Of a stretch of DNA of 64,000 nucleotides, positions 35,942 to 44,903 are shown piece after piece. Both the position numbers and the translations under genes were made by a program. Numbering within the stretch: position 1 is the first letter of the stretch; every line of letters begins with the position of its first letter. The notes under the pieces were generated by a model. The model had not been told where the DNA came from and did not search any database. It saw only the letters and a program-made list of their open reading frames with translations. The DNA comes from an uncultured Chloroflexia bacterium (GTDB taxonomy: Bacteria; Chloroflexota; Limnocylindria; Limnocylindrales; CSP1-4): NCBI GenBank assembly GCA_963834915.1, contig CAWIDI010000006.1, positions 11,272 through 75,271 on the forward strand. The letters run 5' to 3'.

Positions 35942-36489
35942 CGCAGGTCCTTCCAGAAGTAGGTCGTCGTGGAGAGCGTGCCATCGGCGAGCAACGCATG
36001 GTTCGGGACGACCCCGAACGCCTGCCAACCGAGCGCGTGGTACATGGCCTCGGCATCACTGCCGGTCTGGGTATCGAGGAGGAGCAGCCACCGACCATCC
36101 GCGCGGGCCGCCTCCTCCGCCGCGGCCATCAGGGCACGAGCGACCCCGCGTCGCCGCGCGGCACGGAGGACGATGACCTTGCCGATCTCGGCGCGGTGCG
36201 GGGAGTTGGGGTTCGTCGAGCGGATCAGGATCGTCGATCCGATGATGCGACCCGGGTCGTCGGGGTCGCGGGGGTCGTCGGGGTCGTCGGGGTCGCGGGC
36301 CACGAAGGCGGTGATCGTCCTGTCGCGGACGGCGTCGAGACGGTCGCGCCACCAGGCGGACGCCTCCTCCACGGTCACGCCGGCGAGGAAGTTGACCGAG
36401 GCGCCGCCCTCGACGGCATCGACCAGCAGCGCTCCGAGCGCCGGGATCGTTGCCTCGTACTCGGCTGGGTTCAGGGCGACGATGTTCAC
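35938..36489 (-). CDS. GNAT family N-acetyltransferase
   Basis: VLRAARRRGVARALM (acetyl-CoA motif). Intact 183 aa, containing an in-frame DPDDPDDPRDPDDP repeat insert. Confidence 0.8.
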   Translation of the reverse strand: MNIVALNPAEYEATIPALGALLVDAVEGGASVNFLAGVTVEEASAWWRDRLDAVRDRTITAFVARDPDDPDDPRDPDDPGRIIGSTILIRSTNPNSPHRAEIGKVIVLRAARRRGVARALMAAAEEAARADGRWLLLLDTQTGSDAEAMYHALGWQAFGVVPNHALLADGTLSTTTYFWKDLR

Positions 36490-36776
36490 GGCAACACCAG
36501 GCCCGAAGGACCGCCGGTCGAATGGCCGACGGCCTCGCCGCCAGCGGGCTGCTTCCTGCTGCGGATATGTCGCTCATTCATAGAAGCGGGGTTGACCGAC
36601 CCATAGGCGCCCCAGGCGGCCCCCATCTGGGGTCCGGTCGCACGTCGTCGAGCGTGGCCAGGAGCCAGGCGGGCTGTGCCTCGGGCCCGGCTGGCTCTGG
36701 ATCCGGCCGCGGGAGCCACGTGCCATCGAACTTGTGCGTGGGTTAGGAATGGGCGACATAGAGCGGCGCGGAAGGG

Positions 36777-36839
36777 CCCGTGCGAGCCTGGCTGCGGCCC
36801 GTGCGAGCCTGGCTGCGGCTCGTGCGAGCTTGGGCGGCG
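36777..36839. repeat. Tandem 21-nt repeat, about 3 copies
   Basis: CCCGTGCGAGCCTGGCTGCGG x2, then CTCGTGCGAGCTTGGGCGGCG. Confidence 0.85.
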
Positions 36840-36895
36840 CCACTCCCCGCCCGCGGGCCGCGGCGCCCCGACCCCGATCCCGGCACGAAACGCGT

Positions 36896-38806
36896 TCATC
36901 GCGACTGGCGGCGCTCCAGGTACTCGGGGATGCGGATCATCGGCGGGCGTTCCTGGTCCGCGAGCTCGATGACCTCGAGCGACAGGCGCCCGCGCCCGGA
37001 GCGCGGCAGCTTCATCGTCGATCCCATCTCGGCGAACAGGCGGGCCTTGCGGCGCTCCTCGAGTCGCTTCATCACGGCCTGGAGGATCACGAACGACATC
37101 CGGCTCAGGCCTTCGAGCTCCTGGTTGCGATGGATCCGGCGCTCCAGGTCGACCTGGCCGAGACCTTCGATGCCGAGGCGCTCGGTGACGTCGATCAGGT
37201 GCCCGATCTCGACGGCGTAGCCGGTGAAGAACGGGATCGATTCGAGGAGCGTCCGGCGGCCGGCGTACTCGCCGCTCAGCGGCTGGATCATGCCCGAGAG
37301 CTCCGGGTAGAACAGGTTGATCAGGGGCCGGGCGACCAGCTCGGTCACGCGCCCCCCGCCGCCCTCCTTGAGGACGCCGCCCTCGACGATCGGGCGCTGG
37401 TAGTAGCCCTTCACGTACTGCAGTCGAGGCTCGTGCAGCAGCGGGCCGAGCGTCCCGTAGACCATCCGGGGGTGCCAGTTCCGCACGTCCGTGTCGGCCC
37501 ACACGACGATGTCGCCGGTGGTCTCGAAGAGCGACTTCCAGAGCGCCTCGCCCTTGCCGCGGAACGAGCCGTAGCGGGTGAGCACGTCGGGGTGCTGGAC
37601 GACCCGGGCGCCCTCGGATTCGGCGATCTCGCGGGTCCGGTCGGTCGAGGCCGAGTCGATCACAAGCACCTCGTCGAGGAGCGGCACCCGGCCGACCATC
37701 TCGCGCATCGCCTTGCGGACGATGGGGCCGATGGTCTCCTCCTCGTCGAGGGTCGGCAGGACCAGGCTGATCGTGATGCCCTGCTTCTCCTTGAGCGTCA
37801 CGAGGCGGCGGAGGTCGGCGAACTCGGCATGGTGGAAGTTGGCCTCGCCGAACCAGCGCTCGACGCGGGCCGGGACGGCGCGGGCCTCCTCGGCGGCGCG
37901 GTCGGCGGCGGCCAGCGTCTCGGCCCGCGACGCCAGTTGCTCGAAGGTGGTCCGGCCGATCGTCTCGCGGGTGCGGACCACCACGACCGAGGGCTTGGCC
38001 CGCAGCGCGATCGACTCCGGGAGCGCCCCGAAGAGGTGGCTCTCGGCACCGGTGCCGCCGGGGTTCGCGGACGCGCCCATCACCACGAGGTCGGCCTTCT
38101 CGGCCTCGCGCAGGATCGCGTTGCGGACGTTCGGGGCCTCACGGAGCAGGGCCTCGCCGCGGCCGCGCAGGTGCTGCTTGACGAAGGCCGCCAGCGCGCG
38201 CTCGGCCTGGGCGCGGACCGCGAGCGTGATGCCGGGCGGGACGAGGTGGAGGACCACGACCGTCGCGTCGTAGTAGCGGCCGATTGCGTCGGCGTAGCGG
38301 ATCGCGAGCTCGGCATGGGGGCCGCCACGGACCGGGACCAGGATCCGCTTGATCTCCTTAGGCCCGCGCTGCTTGACGACCGCGATATCGCACGGGGCGT
38401 CGCGGACCACCTCGTCGATCGTGGGGGAGACGACCGAGGTGGCCGCGCCTTCGCGATGCGCCCCGGTGCGGCCGCCCCAGCCGAAGATGATGAGGTCGGC
38501 CTCCTGCTCGGCCGACGCCTCGACGATCCCCTCGGCCGCGTGCCGGCCGATGCGCACGATCGGGTGGATGGTCGTCCCGTCGGGGGCGTAGTCGAGGACG
38601 CGCTGGAGGAGTCGCCGAGCGTGGCGGGCGCGGGTGGCACCCTCGGACAGCGGCATCCCCTCGGGGACCTCGACGATGCCGAGCGCCGAGATCGCCCCGT
38701 GCTTCGGGTCGAGCATCGCGGCCCCGAGGCGGATCAGCTCCTCGGCGGTCATCGGGTTCGCGACCGGGATGAGGATCCGGCCGGGGAGCGGTGGTTTGGC
38801 GGCCAT
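36896..38806 (-). CDS. gpgS: Tandem universal-stress-protein domains fused to glucosyl-3-phosphoglycerate synthase
   Basis: Two USP modules (RILIPVANP...IIFGWGG; RILVPVRGG...LVVMGASA). The GpgS part is LVLPTLDEEETI, RGKGEALWKS, GGGRVTELVARPL, LQPLSGEYAGRR and YAVEIGHLID. Intact 636 aa. Confidence 0.85.
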   Translation of the reverse strand: MAAKPPLPGRILIPVANPMTAEELIRLGAAMLDPKHGAISALGIVEVPEGMPLSEGATRARHARRLLQRVLDYAPDGTTIHPIVRIGRHAAEGIVEASAEQEADLIIFGWGGRTGAHREGAATSVVSPTIDEVVRDAPCDIAVVKQRGPKEIKRILVPVRGGPHAELAIRYADAIGRYYDATVVVLHLVPPGITLAVRAQAERALAAFVKQHLRGRGEALLREAPNVRNAILREAEKADLVVMGASANPGGTGAESHLFGALPESIALRAKPSVVVVRTRETIGRTTFEQLASRAETLAAADRAAEEARAVPARVERWFGEANFHHAEFADLRRLVTLKEKQGITISLVLPTLDEEETIGPIVRKAMREMVGRVPLLDEVLVIDSASTDRTREIAESEGARVVQHPDVLTRYGSFRGKGEALWKSLFETTGDIVVWADTDVRNWHPRMVYGTLGPLLHEPRLQYVKGYYQRPIVEGGVLKEGGGGRVTELVARPLINLFYPELSGMIQPLSGEYAGRRTLLESIPFFTGYAVEIGHLIDVTERLGIEGLGQVDLERRIHRNQELEGLSRMSFVILQAVMKRLEERRKARLFAEMGSTMKLPRSGRGRLSLEVIELADQERPPMIRIPEYLERRQSR

Positions 38807-40278
38807 CAGGGCTTCGCCTCGGGCTCGGGAGCGGCGGCATCGTGCGCCGCGCCGGCGTCGGCGGCGTCGGCGGCGTCAGCGGCGAGCGTCGCTCCGACGG
38901 CGGCCCAGCGCTCGATCAGGTACGGCTTCAGCAGCTCGAACTCGCGCGCCTGGCGCTCGACCCGGTCTTCCGCGCCATCGGTCGGGACCGAGCGGTTCTC
39001 GATGACGAAGCTGCCGACCCGCCCGAAGTAGATCGGCACGAGTGCGGCGACCAGCGTCTCGACCGCGGCACCCTTGTCCGGCCCCTCGATCGACGCCCGC
39101 GCCGCCACGACCAGGTCGTACACGACGCGCGCCCACAGGTCGTCGGGGAAGTGGAACGTGGAGACCGCATCGGCCATCTCAAGGGTGGTGGCCGACGCTG
39201 ACGAGACGTCCCCGCCGACCCCGAGCTTGGTCCGGGCGACGTCCGCGAGCTTCCCTGCTTCCTTGGCGAGGGTCAGGACGGTCTCCACGGTCGCTGGGGC
39301 GAGCATCTTCCGCCACGTGTCGGCGAGGGTCAGCGAGCCGGCCTCGAACTCGGCGAGGAGCCGCAGCGTGTTCACCTCGAGCGGGGGCGGGTCGATGATC
39401 CGCTCGAACCCGTAGGCCGGGACGTCGTGACTGCCACTGATGGGGAGCCAGTGGTCCGCGTAGCGGTCCGCGAGCCGCAGGATCGTGCCGACGACCTGGC
39501 GGAACATCGGGCCGAGGTCAGAGCCGGGGTCCTTCGGGTCATGGATCTTCGCCCCGAGCCGGGTCTGGCAGACCGCGAACCCGCCGGCCAGGGCCGAGGT
39601 CGTCATCCAGATGTCGATGCCGAACTTGCTGATGTCCGGCGTCCAGTCGTCGAGCTCGAGGTAGTAGCGGACCAGGTCGCCCGAGACGCCGAAGTCGCCG
39701 CCGATCGGCTGCCGGATGCGGTGGCCGTAGAGGGCGCGGGTCAGCGGGTACGTGACGGTGTTGGTGATGGTGCCGTCGTACTTGTACCGCGCGTAGAGCG
39801 GGGCCACGAAGTCATAGCCGCCCTTGAGGATCGGGCCGGCGAGGAGCTCGATCCACTCGGGGACGATGCTGCGCAGATCGGAGTCGACGACGACGAGCGC
39901 CTGGACCTCGAGGGCCGCCGCGATCTCGAAGATCGTGCGCAGGGCGGCGCCCTTGCCGCCGACCCCGTCGATCTCCGGGTAGGTCAGGCTGACCCGTTGG
40001 AGTCGCTGGCTGGGACGCACCAGGAGGATCTGCTCGATGTAGTCGGGCGGCTCCGTCTCGACGACGACACGGCCGGTGCCGTCCGGGGAGCCGGCGTCCG
40101 AGTTGACGACGACCGGGTGGAGGTCCGGGAAGTACTGGACCAGGCCGGCCTGAGCCGCCCGGACGACGTAGCCGATCGTCGCGGCATTCTTGAAGCTTGG
40201 GATCCCGACCATGATGTCGGCCCGGCCGATGCGCGCGATCTCGTCGCGGATGGCCGGCGTCAAGGCGGTTTGGGGCAC
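38806..40278 (-). CDS. GT-A glycosyltransferase resembling mannosyl/glucosyl-glycerate synthases
   Basis: IMVGIPSFKNAATIG, GGKGAALRTIF, VVVDSDLRSIVPEWI and RQPIGGDFGVSG. The domain order resembles MGS/GpgS-type enzymes by eye. Its stop overlaps the gpgS-fusion ATG by 1 nt. Confidence 0.65.
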   Translation of the reverse strand: MPQTALTPAIRDEIARIGRADIMVGIPSFKNAATIGYVVRAAQAGLVQYFPDLHPVVVNSDAGSPDGTGRVVVETEPPDYIEQILLVRPSQRLQRVSLTYPEIDGVGGKGAALRTIFEIAAALEVQALVVVDSDLRSIVPEWIELLAGPILKGGYDFVAPLYARYKYDGTITNTVTYPLTRALYGHRIRQPIGGDFGVSGDLVRYYLELDDWTPDISKFGIDIWMTTSALAGGFAVCQTRLGAKIHDPKDPGSDLGPMFRQVVGTILRLADRYADHWLPISGSHDVPAYGFERIIDPPPLEVNTLRLLAEFEAGSLTLADTWRKMLAPATVETVLTLAKEAGKLADVARTKLGVGGDVSSASATTLEMADAVSTFHFPDDLWARVVYDLVVAARASIEGPDKGAAVETLVAALVPIYFGRVGSFVIENRSVPTDGAEDRVERQAREFELLKPYLIERWAAVGATLAADAADAADAGAAHDAAAPEPEAKP

Positions 40279-40394
40279 GAGCCCACCGTACCATCATGGT
40301 CGGCTGTGTGCGGCGCCGCGCGGGCGTGGGCGCCGGCGCCGGGTCCGACGGCGCCAAGCGCCCGCCAGGCGTCGATCAGCAGGGCGTCAGGCGC

Positions 40395-40560
40395 CGATAT
40401 GCACGAATCCTCCTGCCGGCCGTCGTTCTCCCGAGTATGCATGTCGGCTGCATATGCAAGATCGGCTGCATCTGCAAAGTGGTCGGGGTGAAGCTCGGCA
40501 TCCCCGCGACACTCGCGGCGACTGAATATGCAGCAGAGGTGAATATCGATTCGGGGGTCG
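40395..40560. repeat. Dispersed AT-rich intergenic element, copy C (longest)
   Basis: CGATATGCACGAATCC...GTATGCATGTCGGCTGCATATGCAAG...CTGAATATGCAGCAGAGGTGAATATCGATTCGGGGG. Confidence 0.7.
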
Positions 40561-40623
40561 CTCGAGCCGGCCGATCGGGCATCCGCGGGAAACGGCAGCG
40601 CGCGCGGGTGGCCCCCGGCGCCG

Positions 40624-41355
40624 CTACCGCCGAGGGATCGTCACGGTCGCCCAGTCGTCGCCGACGGCCCCCGGCCGATACCGGCTGTTGGCGCCGCGGA
40701 AGCTCATCTCGTGGAATCCGACCGCGCGCCAGGATCCGATCCAGCTGTCGATGGGCGGCCGCACGTACGCCCCCAGCCGAATCAGCTCGGACTCCGCCAC
40801 GACGCCCTCGAGCAGGCGCTTCCGCTCGAGGAGCGGCACGTCGAGCAGGGACTGGCCGTCGAGCCACAGCAGGTCGACGATCACGAGGCTCACGACGTCC
40901 TCGGCCGCGAAGACGTTCGCCGCGTCGATGCGACGCTGCTCCTCGAGCCGCTCGGCCGTCTTGGCGATCCGGCCGCCGACGAAGAACTGCGTCATCCGCG
41001 CATTGACCGAGAAGGTCGGGGCCTCAGGCCCGACATAGACGCCGACACCGTCGTGCGACACCTGCTTGGTGAGGTAGCCATCGACGATGAGGCTCCCCGC
41101 GCGCGCCGCGATCCCGAGTGCCGTCACGACCCCCGGCCGGTCGATGACGGGATCGCCGTCGGCATCGATGATCTCCGCCGCGACGCCCTCCGCTTCGCCG
41201 CCCGCCTCGCGATCGACCCCGGCGAGCACGCGCCAACCGACCCACAGCGGCTCGACGATCGGGTTCGCGACGTTCTTCGTGCCCTTCGTGCCGTGCGTCT
41301 CGGGCCGCCAGCCGCGCAGGGTCGAAAGGGTGGCCGACTCCGTCATGGCGCGCAT
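40624..41355 (-). CDS. ATP-dependent DNA ligase-like protein lacking the catalytic lysine
   Basis: EPLWVGWRVLA sits where ligases have EPKWDGYR. DLLWLDGQSLLDVPLLERKRLLE is strongly ligase-like. Motif V is degenerate (GFHEMSFRGANSRYRPG). Intact 243 aa. Confidence 0.6.
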   Translation of the reverse strand: MRAMTESATLSTLRGWRPETHGTKGTKNVANPIVEPLWVGWRVLAGVDREAGGEAEGVAAEIIDADGDPVIDRPGVVTALGIAARAGSLIVDGYLTKQVSHDGVGVYVGPEAPTFSVNARMTQFFVGGRIAKTAERLEEQRRIDAANVFAAEDVVSLVIVDLLWLDGQSLLDVPLLERKRLLEGVVAESELIRLGAYVRPPIDSWIGSWRAVGFHEMSFRGANSRYRPGAVGDDWATVTIPRR

Positions 41356-41417
41356 CGTAGCGGCTGGTCCGGCGCCGGCAAGGGGCGGGGCCTCGGCCGC
41401 GGCGGCCGCGCCTGCCC

Positions 41418-42836
41418 TCAGCCTCCCGCCGGTCCCCCGCCGAGGCCCGGCTCGGTCATCGCCGCGGGGTCAAGCAGCCTGTCGACCTCGACCTCGTCCA
41501 TCCCGCGTTCGAGCGCCAGCTCTCGGATCGTGCGGCCGCTCTTCAACGCCTCCTTGGCGAGCTTCGCAGCGTCGTCGTAGCCGATGACCGGTGCCAGCGC
41601 GGTCGCGAGCATCAGTCCCTGTTCGACGAGCTGCGGGCCGCGCGCGGTGGCCGTCAGGCCCTCGATGCAGCGCTCGCTGAAGTTCGCCGCCGCGGCCCCG
41701 AGGAGCGAGACCGACTCGAGGAGCGAGACCGCGGTCACCGGCAGCATCACGTTGAGCTCCAGGAACGACCCGGTCTGGGCGAACGCCACGGTCGCATCGT
41801 TGCCGACGACCCGCGCGACCACCATCGTCAGCGACTCGACGATGACCGGGTTCACCTTGCCGGGCATGATCGACGACCCGGGCTGGGTCTCGGGGAGTGC
41901 CACCTCGGCGATCCCCGCGCGCGGGCCCATCCCCATCAGCCTGACGTCGCTGGCGATCTTCCACAGGCTCAGCGCGATCGTCCGGATCGCGCCGTGGGCC
42001 GCGATCGCCGCGTCGAGCGTCGACTGAGCGTGGAAATGGTTCGAGGTCTCGCGGACGTCCAGTCCGGTCAGCACCGAGAGCCTCGCGCACGCGCGCAGCG
42101 CGTACTCGGGATGGGCGTTGATCCCGGTCCCCACCGCGGTCCCGCCGAGCGGCACCGAGAGCAGCTCCGCCTGCGCTGCCTCGGCGCGGCGGAGCGACTC
42201 CTCGACCTGCCCGGCGTAGCCGCGGAATTCCTGGCCGAGGCGGATCGGAGTCGCGTCCTGGAGGTGCGTCCGCCCGGTCTTCACGACCGGCCAGAGCTCC
42301 TGCTCCTTGGCGACGAGCGCCGTGTGCAGCCGTTCGAGACCCGGGAGCAGGACCTCCTCGATGGCCATGGCGGCCGAAAGCTGCAGCGCGGTCGGGATCG
42401 TGTCATTCGAGCTCTGGCAGCGGTTGACGTCATCGTTGGGGTGGACTTTGCGTCCGTCGCCGAGCCGGGTGGCCGCCAGGTGCGCCACGACCTCGTTCAT
42501 GTTGGTGTTGGTCGAGGTGCCCGAGCCGGTCTGGTAGATATCGATGGGGAACTGGTCGTCGTAGCCGCCGTCGGCGACGTCGCGGGCCGCCGCCGCGATC
42601 GCGTCCGCGACCTCCGCGTCGAGGAGCCCGAGCCCACCGTTGGTCTCGGCCGCGGCAAGCTTGATGAGCGCCAGCGCACGGATGAAGCGGCGCGGGAAGT
42701 GCTCGCCCGAGATCGGGAAGTTCAGCACCGCGCGCTGGGTCGAGGCGCCATAGAGCGCGTCCACGGGGACCGCCATCTCGCCCATCGAGTCGCGCTCGAT
42801 CCGGGTGCCGGCGGCGGGTGGGGTCTGGTCGCTCAT
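41418..42836 (-). CDS. fumC: Class II fumarate hydratase
   Basis: MSDQTPP.. at 42836. QTGSGTSTNTNMNEV, SQ-type CQSSNDTIPTA, and the signature GSSIMPGKVNP. Confidence 0.88.
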   Translation of the reverse strand: MSDQTPPAAGTRIERDSMGEMAVPVDALYGASTQRAVLNFPISGEHFPRRFIRALALIKLAAAETNGGLGLLDAEVADAIAAAARDVADGGYDDQFPIDIYQTGSGTSTNTNMNEVVAHLAATRLGDGRKVHPNDDVNRCQSSNDTIPTALQLSAAMAIEEVLLPGLERLHTALVAKEQELWPVVKTGRTHLQDATPIRLGQEFRGYAGQVEESLRRAEAAQAELLSVPLGGTAVGTGINAHPEYALRACARLSVLTGLDVRETSNHFHAQSTLDAAIAAHGAIRTIALSLWKIASDVRLMGMGPRAGIAEVALPETQPGSSIMPGKVNPVIVESLTMVVARVVGNDATVAFAQTGSFLELNVMLPVTAVSLLESVSLLGAAAANFSERCIEGLTATARGPQLVEQGLMLATALAPVIGYDDAAKLAKEALKSGRTIRELALERGMDEVEVDRLLDPAAMTEPGLGGGPAGG

Positions 42837-42899
42837 CGGGACGATCGTAGCAGTCGACCGGCCCGCGGACGCCCGCCCGGGCGGTAGCATCGGGCGACG

Positions 42900-43661
42900 A
42901 TGCCGACGATCGAGGCCAACGGGCTGCGGATGGGCTATGGGGCCGCCGGCGACGGCCCGCCCCTGGTCGTGCTCCACGAAGCGGGGTCGACCGGTGCGGT
43001 CGACCTCGGCCCGGCGGTCGAAGGGCTGGCCGCCCGGTTCCGGCTCTACCGCCCCGACGCGCGCGGTCACGGAACGACCCGCTGGGACGCCGCCGACGGG
43101 TTCACCACGACCGACCTCGTCGCCGACGTCATCGCGTTCGCGGACGCGCTCGAGCTCGCGACTTTCCACGTGCTCGGCTTCTCGATGGGTGCCACGACCG
43201 CCCTCAACGTGGCTGCCGGCCACCCCGGGCGGCTCCGCTCGCTCGTGGTCATCGCCATCAGCCCGGAGCGCGAGCCGCGGGCCCGGGTCGCCCGGCACGC
43301 CCTGGATCCAGAGCGGATCGAGCGCGACGAACCGGCCTGGGCTCGGCGCCTCGATGCCCGCCACGACGACGGCCAGGGGCGCCGCGCATGGCACCGACTG
43401 CTGCCCGCGATCGCGGCCGACGTGGCCGAGCATCCCCTGCTGACCGCCGCCGCCATCCACGGCATCGCGGTGCCGACCCTCGTCGCCTGCGGGGATCGCG
43501 ACCCCTTCACGCCCGTGGGCCAGGCAGCGGCGCTGGCACGCGAGGTGCCCCACGGCCGCCTCCTGGTCGCGTCGGCCTGCGGCCACGAGCTCCCACGCGA
43601 GCGACCGGCGCTCCTGGCGTCGGCGCTCGACGACCTGTACCGAAAGGAGACCCCACCATGA
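42900..43661 (+). CDS. Alpha/beta hydrolase
   Basis: LVVLHEAGS..., nucleophile elbow VLGFSMGA, and CGDRDPF. Intact 253 aa. Confidence 0.8.
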   Translation: MPTIEANGLRMGYGAAGDGPPLVVLHEAGSTGAVDLGPAVEGLAARFRLYRPDARGHGTTRWDAADGFTTTDLVADVIAFADALELATFHVLGFSMGATTALNVAAGHPGRLRSLVVIAISPEREPRARVARHALDPERIERDEPAWARRLDARHDDGQGRRAWHRLLPAIAADVAEHPLLTAAAIHGIAVPTLVACGDRDPFTPVGQAAALAREVPHGRLLVASACGHELPRERPALLASALDDLYRKETPP

Positions 43662-44035
43662 CGACCCTGCTCGCGCTGTACCGCCGTCCCGAGGGCGGCC
43701 CGGAGGCGCTCGCCGAGTTCGAGCGGCGCTATGCCGCGGAGCACCTGCCGCTCGTCGCGGGCACGCCCGGGTTATGCGGCACCCGCGTGCGGCGGGTCGT
43801 GCAGGGTCTCGGCGCGGAGACCGACCTCGTGCTCGTCACGGCGATGTCGTTCGATGACCGCGGTGCACTGGACGCGGGGCTCGCGTCGGATGCCATGCGA
43901 GCCGCCGGACGGAATCTGCGCGAGATCGCGCCCGGGCTGGCCACGCTGCTCGTGCTCGAGGACGTGCCCGAAATGGACAGGGCCGCTTCCTCGGGTGTGG
44001 ATACTGTCACCACGCCCAGCGAAGGAGCCGAGTGA
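43658..44035 (+). CDS. EthD-family protein
   Basis: MTTLLALYRRPEGGPEALAEFERRYAAEHLPLV. RBS AAGGAGA. ATGA overlap with the upstream gene. Confidence 0.6.
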   Translation: MTTLLALYRRPEGGPEALAEFERRYAAEHLPLVAGTPGLCGTRVRRVVQGLGAETDLVLVTAMSFDDRGALDAGLASDAMRAAGRNLREIAPGLATLLVLEDVPEMDRAASSGVDTVTTPSEGAE

Positions 44036-44880
44036 CGAACCCCGCCGCGGCCACGGCCGCGACCAGCACCACGACCCCTGTCGCGGTCGCGTTCCCCGCG
44101 CCGGCTCCGGCGTCGGCCGCGCCGCAGACGGCGCTCGACCGCGTCGCGCTGGTGACGATCGACCGGCCCGAGGCGCTCAACGCGCTCTCGTTCGACCTCC
44201 TGGACGCACTTGCCGATGCGCTGCACGCGCTCGACGAGGATCCGGCATGTCTCGCGATCGTGGTGACGGGCGCCGGGACCCGGGCCTTCGCGGCGGGCGC
44301 GGACATCAAGGAGCTGGCGGCGCAGACCTCGAGCTCGCTGGAGTCGGGGCACCGCTTCGACGTCTGGGACCGGCTCGGCGCGGTCCACACGCCGCTCATC
44401 GCGGCCGTTCGAGGGTTCGCCCTCGGTGGCGGCCTCGAGCTGGCGATGACCTGCGACATGATCGTGGCCGGCGACGATGCGACCTTCGGCCAGCCCGAGA
44501 TCGGCATCGGGGTCATGCCCGGCGCCGGCGGGACCCAGCGGCTGACCCGGGCGGTCGGCCAGGCACGTGCCATGGAGCTGATCCTCACCGGGCGGTCGAT
44601 CACCGCGGCGGAGGCCGAGCGGTTCGGGCTGGTGACCCGGGTCGTGCCGGCCGCGGCCACCCTCGACGCGGCCCTCGAGCTGGCAGGTCGGATCGCGGCG
44701 ATGCCGCCGCTGGCAGTCCGTGCGGCGAAGGCCGCCGTCCGCGACGCCAGTGAGCGACCATTGAGCATCGGACTCGCCGCGGAGCGAGCGGCGTTCTTCG
44801 CGCTGTTCGACACCGACGATCGATCCGAAGGCATGAACGCCTTCACCGGCAAGCGCGCGCCGGTCTGGACTGGACACTGA
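44032..44880 (+). CDS. Enoyl-CoA hydratase (crotonase, PaaF-like)
   Basis: VTIDRPEALNAL, VVTGAGTRAFAAGADI and GFALGGGLELAMTCD. Intact 282 aa. Confidence 0.85.
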   Translation: MTNPAAATAATSTTTPVAVAFPAPAPASAAPQTALDRVALVTIDRPEALNALSFDLLDALADALHALDEDPACLAIVVTGAGTRAFAAGADIKELAAQTSSSLESGHRFDVWDRLGAVHTPLIAAVRGFALGGGLELAMTCDMIVAGDDATFGQPEIGIGVMPGAGGTQRLTRAVGQARAMELILTGRSITAAEAERFGLVTRVVPAAATLDAALELAGRIAAMPPLAVRAAKAAVRDASERPLSIGLAAERAAFFALFDTDDRSEGMNAFTGKRAPVWTGH

Positions 44881-44903
44881 GCGCGGGGACGCGAGGAGGA
44901 ACG

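Noticed and set aside
36574-36843. Repeat-encoded peptides such as ARLARAAARLARA (36574..36843, minus strand) and LPDATANLPDATANLPDATA (57177..57494, minus strand).
   Set aside because: The periodic peptides are simply translations of the 21-nt DNA tandem repeats in intergenic gaps. There is no RBS or coding-like flank.
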